DNA from: an uncultured bacterium
GTDB taxonomy: Bacteria; Zhuqueibacterota; QNDG01; DTFT01
Assembly (NCBI GenBank): GCA_963736115.1
Contig: CAVTNR010000012.1
Span: 128,001-192,000 of the forward strand
Reading direction: 5' to 3'
DNA length: 64,000 nt
Shown here piece after piece: positions 57,680 to 64,000 of this stretch. The notes beneath the pieces are model-generated. The model saw only the letters and a program-made list of their open reading frames with translations. It had not been told where the DNA came from and searched no databases. The first letter of the stretch is position 1, and each line of letters opens with the position of its first letter. Both the position numbers and the translations under genes were made by a program.

Positions 57680-58653
57680 CCCTGAAACCCGGGATGCTGG
57701 ACCTCCTCCGCAGGATCGAGGAACCGATTCTGAACCGTTTCTCCGGCCGTTCACCGCGGGAGCTCTATGAACCCATGGCGTATCTGCTCGAAGCCGGCGG
57801 CAAGCGCATCCGCCCGCTCCTGCTGATCCTGTCCTGCGAATCCACGAGCGGATCCATCGACTCCTGCCTGGATGCGGCCGTGGCCGTGGAACTCCTCCAC
57901 ACTTTCACGCTGGTGCATGACGACATCATGGACCGCGACGGCCTGCGCCGCGGCCGGCCGACGGTGCACGTCAAATGGGACGAAGCCACGGCCATACTCG
58001 CGGGCGACGGGCTCGTCACCGCCGCTTACGAGAGCCTCATCCGGACATCACATCCGAACGCGGCCATCGTCATCCGCCGGTTCACCGACAGCCTGACGGG
58101 CCTGTGCGAAGGCCAGGCCCTGGACAAGCTGTTCGAATCCCGCGACGCGGTGACGCCCGGCGAATATCTGGACATGATCGAAAAGAAAACGGGGCGGCTC
58201 ATCGAAGCCTCCTGCGGCATCGGAGCCCTGCTGGGGAGCGGAACTGAGGACGAAACCGCAGGCCTGGAGCGTTTCGGCGCCGGCCTGGGCCGGGCTTTCC
58301 AGATCCAGGACGATTTACTCGACGTGGCCGCGGACGGCGAACAGTTGGGCAAGCCCCTGTGCAGCGACATTGTCGCCGGCAAGAAGACTTTCCTGACCGT
58401 TCATTTCGCGTCCTGCGCGGACAATGGGATGAGAAAGAGGCTGGAATCGTTCAGGGGACGGGCAGGTTGGTCAAACGCGGATACGGCGGAAGTCCGGGAT
58501 CTGCTGGCCTCCGCAGGATCCTTTGACGCGGCCCGCAGGGCCGTGGCCGAAAGCACGAATCAGGCGCTCGAGGCTCTGGACCGGATACGGCCTTCCCGAA
58601 GCCGCGATGATTTGAGGGAACTTGCCTTGTCCCTGGTGGAAAGGGCCTCCTGA
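57676..58653 (+). CDS. Polyprenyl diphosphate synthase (GGPP synthase-like)
   Basis: GGKRIRP, FTLVHDDIMD (FARM), RRG, GQ, KT, FQIQDD.LD (SARM); TTG start overlapping fni stop. Confidence 0.93.
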   Translation: MTLKPGMLDLLRRIEEPILNRFSGRSPRELYEPMAYLLEAGGKRIRPLLLILSCESTSGSIDSCLDAAVAVELLHTFTLVHDDIMDRDGLRRGRPTVHVKWDEATAILAGDGLVTAAYESLIRTSHPNAAIVIRRFTDSLTGLCEGQALDKLFESRDAVTPGEYLDMIEKKTGRLIEASCGIGALLGSGTEDETAGLERFGAGLGRAFQIQDDLLDVAADGEQLGKPLCSDIVAGKKTFLTVHFASCADNGMRKRLESFRGRAGWSNADTAEVRDLLASAGSFDAARRAVAESTNQALEALDRIRPSRSRDDLRELALSLVERAS

Positions 58654-58816
58654 GGCCGGTCCGATCTATTCCGCATCGGAGAGTCCGGCGGACATTCCGG
58701 ATGCAACCGTCTGCGCATATGAAACCCGCGGCCCAGGCCGCGGGTTTTTCATTTCCGGACCGAATGCGGAAACAAGTTGCTCCGGCTCCGGGAGCGAGAA
58801 TTCCCGTCCAGCCGGC

Positions 58817-58975
58817 CTAAAACAGGGCGTAGATGAAAGTGGCGAGAGCCGATCCCTCGGTGGCCACGATCAGCGCGCCGAGCAGAACGAGAAATACCAC
58901 GATCGGCGTCAGCCACCACTTTTTCCGCACTTTCAGAAACTGCCAGAATTCCTTCAGAATGGAAGTCTTGGACAT
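58817..58975 (-). CDS. 52-aa single-pass membrane peptide, DUF5989/SxtK-like
   Basis: Below the ORF-track size cutoff; MSKTSILKEFWQFLKVRKKWWLTPIVVFLVLLGALIVATEGSALATFIYALF; directly after SxtJ-like gene. Confidence 0.88.
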   Translation of the reverse strand: MSKTSILKEFWQFLKVRKKWWLTPIVVFLVLLGALIVATEGSALATFIYALF

Positions 58976-58986
58976 GCATTCCCCGT

Positions 58987-59391
58987 TCAGAATTGGTTTT
59001 CAAAGGACGCGGGATCGTCGAATTTTTTCCCGCGGGTAATCCAGTAACTGGACGCCTTCGGATCCGGCGCCATCGGCATCGGCCCGCGTCCGACGGCCTT
59101 CCGGATCAGGGCGATGGGCGTCAACATCGCATAGAACAGGACCGCGAGTATCACCCGCGTCGAGTTCCATCCCAGTATTTCCCCGAGAACCAGAAACAGG
59201 ATGAACAGCGGCTTCAGCGCCGCGGGCAGTGCGAGCCCCAATCCCGCGGAAACGGCACCTGCGGTCAGAAAATAAACCGCAGCCGGCCGGCCCTTCAGGA
59301 TCTGAATGACGGCTACGACGCAGAGAATGATGCCGAGTCCGATTCCGAACTTGCGCCATTCCTTGCGGTTGTTGAATTTGCTTTTATCCAT
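58987..59391 (-). CDS. SxtJ-family membrane protein
   Basis: RKFG, P..LKP....L..ILG...TR.IL...FY...TP, SYWI, C-terminal NQF. Confidence 0.88.
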   Translation of the reverse strand: MDKSKFNNRKEWRKFGIGLGIILCVVAVIQILKGRPAAVYFLTAGAVSAGLGLALPAALKPLFILFLVLGEILGWNSTRVILAVLFYAMLTPIALIRKAVGRGPMPMAPDPKASSYWITRGKKFDDPASFENQF

Positions 59392-59564
59392 GCGTCTTCC
59401 CTGGCCGTTTAAACACACGATTCGATCCTTCAGGTGCACATCGATTTACACTGCTGCGCAGGATCGCCGGAACCGGACCGTATAATCCGGGTGCCTCGCG
59501 CTTCGCCCTTTGCGCCATGCGCTTTGCGGCGGCTTCCCTGCATTCGGCGGATCCGTCGGTTCAA

Positions 59565-61388
59565 TCAGTCCAGCGCGAACCGCTTGCGCCAGTCCGGGTC
59601 GTCCTCGAAAGCGGGTTGTCCGGCTTTGTCGAGCAGGCAGTCGCCCAGGACCAGCGCGTCCATGTCCGTGCGCATGAAGCACGCATAAGCCTCGGACGGC
59701 GAACAGACCAGCGGTTCTCCACGCACGTTGAACGACGTGTTGACCAGGACCGGGCATCCCGTCAGCCGGTTGAACTCGGCCAGCAGGCTATGGAATCGCG
59801 GGTTCGTCTCCGCGTTCACGGTCTGGAGACGCGCCGAATAATCGACGTGCGTGACCGCCGGAATGTCCGAACGGGAAACGTTCAGCCGGTCGATGCCGAA
59901 CCGGGACGAATCCTCCTCCGGTCTCAGGTTTCCGTAGCTCCTTGCGCACGTCCGCGACCAGGAGCATGTAGGGGCTGGGCCTGTCGATTTCAAAATACCG
60001 GCCGGCTTCCGTCTCCAGAACGGCAGGCGCGAATGGACGGAACGATTCCCGGAACTTGATTTTGAGATTCATCACTTTCTGCATCACCGGCGAACGGGGA
60101 TCGCCCAGAATACTGCGGCATCCCAGTGCGCGCGGGCCGAATTCCATGCGGCCGCTGAACCAGCCCACCACCTTCCCGGCGGCGAGCCTTTCCGCGGTCT
60201 CCCGGATCAGGACCTCTTCACCGGGCGCATCGATACGGGCGCGCCCCGGCCGTCGAGAAACGCCCGGATCCCGGTTTCGTCCGGGGCCGGACCCAGCAGG
60301 GATCCGGACTGACTGTCCCGGACGCCGTCCGCTTCGCGGGGTTGTCCGTTATACTCGTGCCACACCGCCAGGGCCGCGCCGAGCGCGCCCCCGGCATCGC
60401 CGGACGCGGGCTGTATCCAGATGTCCCGGAACAGGTTCTCGCGGAGAATCCGTCCGTTCGCCACGCAGTTCAGGGCCACGCCGCCAGCCAGGCACAACCG
60501 GTCCGATCCGGTCTCCTTCTTCGCGAATGCCGCCAGTTTCAGCATCGCAGTCTCGACCACGTCCTGCACGGACCGGGCCAGGTCCATGTCGCGCTGGGTC
60601 AGGGGCGTCTCGGGCTTGCGCGGCGGCCCTCCGAACAGGCGGTGGAACCGGGGATGCGTCATGGTGAGCCCGGCGCAGTAGTTGAAGTATTTCATGTTCA
60701 GACGGAAGGAGCCGTCCGGCTTCAGATCGATGAGATGGTCGAGAATTTTCTGAACATACACGGGCCTGCCGTACGGGGCGAGCCCCATGACCTTGTATTC
60801 CCCTGAATTGACCTTGAACCCGGTGTAATAGGTGAACGCGGAATACAGCATGCCGAGGGAATGCGGAAAATGAATCTCCTTCAGCAACGTAATCCGGTTG
60901 TCCCGGCCGAGACCCACGCTCGTGGTGGCCCATTCACCCACGCCGTCCGCAGTGACCACGGCCGCCTCCCGGAAAGGCGACGGGAAAAACGCGGAGGCTG
61001 CATGTGCCTGGTGATGCTCGGTGAACAGCACTCGGCCTTTGTATCCGGCCAGCGCTTCCTCGATCAGGCTCTTCATCCACATCTTGCGCTTGATCCACAG
61101 AGGCATCGAGGCGATGAAAGACCGGATTCCGGCAGGCGCCGTGGCCATGTAGGTCTCGAGAATACGCTCGAATTTCAGGAAGGGCTTGTCGTAGAAAACC
61201 ACAGCGTCGAGGTCCGGGGCCCGTATTCCCGCCTCCCGCAGGCAGGCATCGACCGCATGGGCCGGAAAACGCCAGTCGTGCTTGACCCTGGAGAAACGCT
61301 CCTCCTGGCTGGCCGCGACAATCGCGCCGTCGCGGACCAGGGCCGCGGCGCTGTCATGGTAGAAGGCGGATATGCCCAGAATATGCAT
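59565..61388 (-). CDS. O-carbamoyltransferase (NodU/CmcH/TobZ/SxtI family), split by two frameshifts (about 60240 and 59930)
   Basis: ILGISAFYHDSAA, EERFSR.KHD, EHH.AHAASAF, DGVGE, GEYKVMGLAPYG, AGGVALNCVAN, GDAGG; EFGPRALG.RSI, KFRESFRPFAP; THVDYSARLQTV, NTSFNVRGEP. Confidence 0.92.
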
Positions 61389-61411
61389 GTCTGTTTTCCG
61401 TCGATTCCGGT

Positions 61412-63600
61412 TCAGCGGCCGGCTGCTGCGGCGATGGCCCGGTTCAGGGATGGGAGTCCCGGATGACCGGGCCGGATCTGTCCGACTGCCCGGGCCGCGG
61501 CTTCGGCGCGGCCGATGTCGCCGGTTTGCGCGTAGGCCAGTCCGAGATGGACCAGAACCTCGGGATTGTTCGGCGAAAGCCGCGCCGCGGCTTCGAGATG
61601 CGGCACTGCGTCATCCGGCTTGCGGAGTTCCAGGTCGATCCGGCCGGTCCAGAAATGGGCTTCCGCGGATTCGCGTATCGAAAGCGATTTCTCGAGCGCG
61701 GCTCCCGCGCCTTCCCAGTCGCGCCGCTCGAAACGAGACCGCGCTTCACGGAGAAGATCACCGGCCTCGGAGCGCACGGCGGACGGGCCGGCGGACGGAG
61801 CACGGAGGTTTCCTGATTCCGCTGTCTGGATTCCGGCCTTGCGGAGAAACGGTTCAGCTTCCTCCCTTTTCCCCAGGGCCAGGAGCAGGCGTCCGATGCG
61901 TCCGTCGTCGGAAGGGGATTCCCGGAAACCGCGTAGGAACAGCAGGAGGGAAATCGCCAGATCCGGCCGGTTCATCGCGGCCGCGGCCCGAAGCCCGGCC
62001 TCCTCGAAATCCGGCTCATTCGGGATGATCGCGGCCAGGGCCCGGTACTCGGTGAAGGCCCGCATCCAATCCCCGGACCGCTCGTACCGCCGGGCCAGTT
62101 GTACGTGCCCGGCTTCCAGGGTTTTCTTGCGCAGGGAGACGATTTCCACGGCCAGGGACTCGGCCGCTGTCGAGGGACGGACGCCCGACAGGCCGGTGTG
62201 GGTCTCGGTCTTGGGCCTGAACGGCCAACCGTTCTTCAGATAGCGGATGCCCATGTCCGCGTAAGCGGAATCAAGGCTGGTCATGCCCCAGTCCTTCCGC
62301 CATTCCGCTGAGGAGCGGCCCTCGATCCATTTTTCCGAGAAGAGCCGGTTCCGCTTCAGTGTTTCGAAAAAAGCGTCCGCCATGAGAAAATACCCGTCCG
62401 CGTTCGGATGCAGGTGATCTGCCATGAGACCGTCGCCGACAAGCCCGTTCGGCGAATCGGACTCGAAGACTGGCCTTCATCGGCGACGACCGGGCAATCG
62501 GATTCCGCGGCTGTGGACCGGATGACGGTATTCCATTCCTCCGAGGCCCGGAACCGGACCGCATCCCTGTCCTTTGCGTTCAGGTATGCTTCTTTTGCCT
62601 CGGCAAACCGGCCGAGTGATTCGAACCGCTTTGCCTGCTCGAACGCCCGTTTTGCGGACATGGATGTGTCCGTTTCGATCGAGGCAAAGGGCGCCTGATC
62701 CCGCACATTCGACACCAGCTCGGACAGCAAAACCGGTACGCCCTGTCTGGTTGCGGCTTGGACAATGGCGGAAAGGTTCGACTCGAATTGTCGCTTCCCC
62801 TTTTCATACAGGGGACCTTTGTAGGGTATTTCCTCATCCGCGACAATACGCTCCATGAGCGTGATGTTCTCTTCCGGAAGCGCGTCTTTCCGGTTCTTCA
62901 GAATCATCCGCACCCGAACTCTGCCGATCAGATCCCGCAGGGCCAGGAAAAGCTTGAAACGCTCGAGTTTCAGATACGCGCGGACCAGCCTGGGATTCCG
63001 GCCCAGGGATTCCATTGAAGCCACGGCCATGGCGCCGTAAAATTCATTGTGCCCTGCGTACACGAGAACCGCGTCCGGCTTCTGCCTGAGAAGCTCAGGC
63101 ATGAAGTCGTTCATGGCATAGGTGCTGATCGCGGACATGCCGAGGTTCACCACCTCAACGCGCCTGTCAGGTAGGGCTTCCGCGAGACGTGCGTGCAGGA
63201 TGCGTGAGAATGTGAGGTTGTTGCCGTAGGGAAAGCCGGCGGCCGAGGATTCGCCCAGGACGAAAAGGCGCACACCGTTTTCCGGTTTGGTCTTGAGGAA
63301 CAGGTCCTTGGGCGCGGCTGGAATCACGGACTGCATGTAGAAGAAACGCCGGGCCACCTTGGGATTGACACGGAAATACTGCGGGAGCTCCTCCGCGGCC
63401 GTGATGAAGAGACGCGTATCGTCCCCGTAACCGAAGGTCCGCAGTCCGGCTTCGACCAGTCCGAGGATCAGAAAAGGGATGAGTACGAGCAGGACGCTGA
63501 ACAGTATTTTTCTGGACCGCGTGATCGGAGTGGTCTGATTTCCGGCCTGATCCTCTGCGGAATCGTGCCCGGTGGACTTTTTATGATGTTTTCGAGACAA
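61412..63600 (-). CDS. Membrane-anchored SGNH/GDSL-fold protein with TPR repeats, frameshifted at about 62470-62485
   Basis: TTG start after AAGGAG; N-terminal TM; blocks LGESS, NLGMS, YAGHNE, DHLHPN; C-terminal TPRs. Confidence 0.85.
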
Positions 63601-63627
63601 CGCAACTCCTTGAAAATATAGGCCAAA

Positions 63628-63656
63628 AAGTTACGACTTTTTCAGGCGGGAGTCAA
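63628..63656 (-). promoter_or_regulatory. Sigma70 promoter of SGNH-carbamoyltransferase cluster
   Basis: Minus strand TTGACT-N17-TAACTT followed by SD AAGGAG. Confidence 0.55.
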
Positions 63657-63680
63657 CAGGAAAGTTCGACCCGGGGTGCC

Positions 63681-64000
63681 CTACTCCTCTTCCGGCCGGT
63701 TGTACAGGATGTTCCGCATCATTTCCCTTTTTCGGGCGACCGCTTCAGTGCAGACCTGGCCCTCGCCTGTCACGGCTTCGGCCAGGGTCACGCCCACCTC
63801 CGCCTCTCCTGCCGCTACCACGTCCGCGCCCGCCTTCCGCAGGCCTTCCGCGTCGCGTAAAAGAGCGCACCGCGCCAGGATGCGGATGGCCGGATTGACG
63901 CAGCGGCCGCGCCGGATGATTTCAGCCGCGCCCTCGATGTCCGCGCTCAGGATGAGGCTTCCGGCCTTCTCGATACCCGCTTCCTCGAGCGTGCCCTGCC
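63681..64000 (-). CDS. C-terminal TrkA-N/RCK domain, probably of a CPA2 cation:proton antiporter (partial)
   Basis: Manual translation TLEEAGIEKAGSLILS...NPAIRILAR...L.KAGAD.V..GEAEV...RPEEE*. Confidence 0.7.
   Translation of the reverse strand, partial: QGTLEEAGIEKAGSLILSADIEGAAEIIRRGRCVNPAIRILARCALLRDAEGLRKAGADVVAAGEAEVGVTLAEAVTGEGQVCTEAVARKREMMRNILYNRPEEE

Noticed and set aside
59495-59530. Heptamer-like TGCGCCA/TGCGCTT repeats (also 6106-6243)
   Set aside because: Short degenerate intergenic repeats with no associated element visible
58817-61388. Saxitoxin biosynthesis cluster (sxtI/J/K homologues)
   Set aside because: No sxtA, sxtG or other core genes in the window; the trio is known from non-producers

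Overview
GC-rich bacterial chromosome segment. Secreted proteins end in the PNPFNP[ST]T-type (FlgD-Ig/T9SS-like) C-terminal domain, which suggests an FCB-superphylum organism such as KSB1/Calditrichota (inference). Left to right: (i) a xylan/hemicellulose locus with a divergent TonB-dependent receptor, GH2, two tandem GH10 xylanases, a GH51-like enzyme, two beta-propeller sensor kinases and a single-domain response regulator; (ii) a nitroreductase, an uncharacterised GH-like protein, a patatin-POTRA-barrel protein, an MFS/XRE pair and a lipoprotein with three degenerate M23-like repeats; (iii) a pectin utilisation locus without SusD (TBDR, beta-helix/CBM9 protein, GH105, GH28, CE8, DUF4861, eda, kduI/kduD) with a divergent membrane-anchored regulator; (iv) an MFSD1-like transporter, a double thioredoxin, CCA enzyme, a Yip1-TolC-MacAB-type exporter operon, fni and a polyprenyl synthase; (v) a minus-strand cluster encoding an SGNH-TPR protein, an O-carbamoyltransferase, an SxtJ-like protein and a 52-aa SxtK/DUF5989-like peptide. 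The peptide ends in FIYALF, the same F-[IL]-Y-x-x-F motif as the DltX/AlgI/PatA acyl-shuttle peptides. This is the best candidate for an undescribed system: a trans-membrane carbamoyl relay for cell-envelope polymer modification. Many different REP/MITE-like palindromes occupy the intergenic gaps. Six genes are broken by small indels and none by an obvious nonsense substitution, which most likely reflects long-read consensus errors. No rRNA, tRNA, CRISPR array or transposase was recognised.
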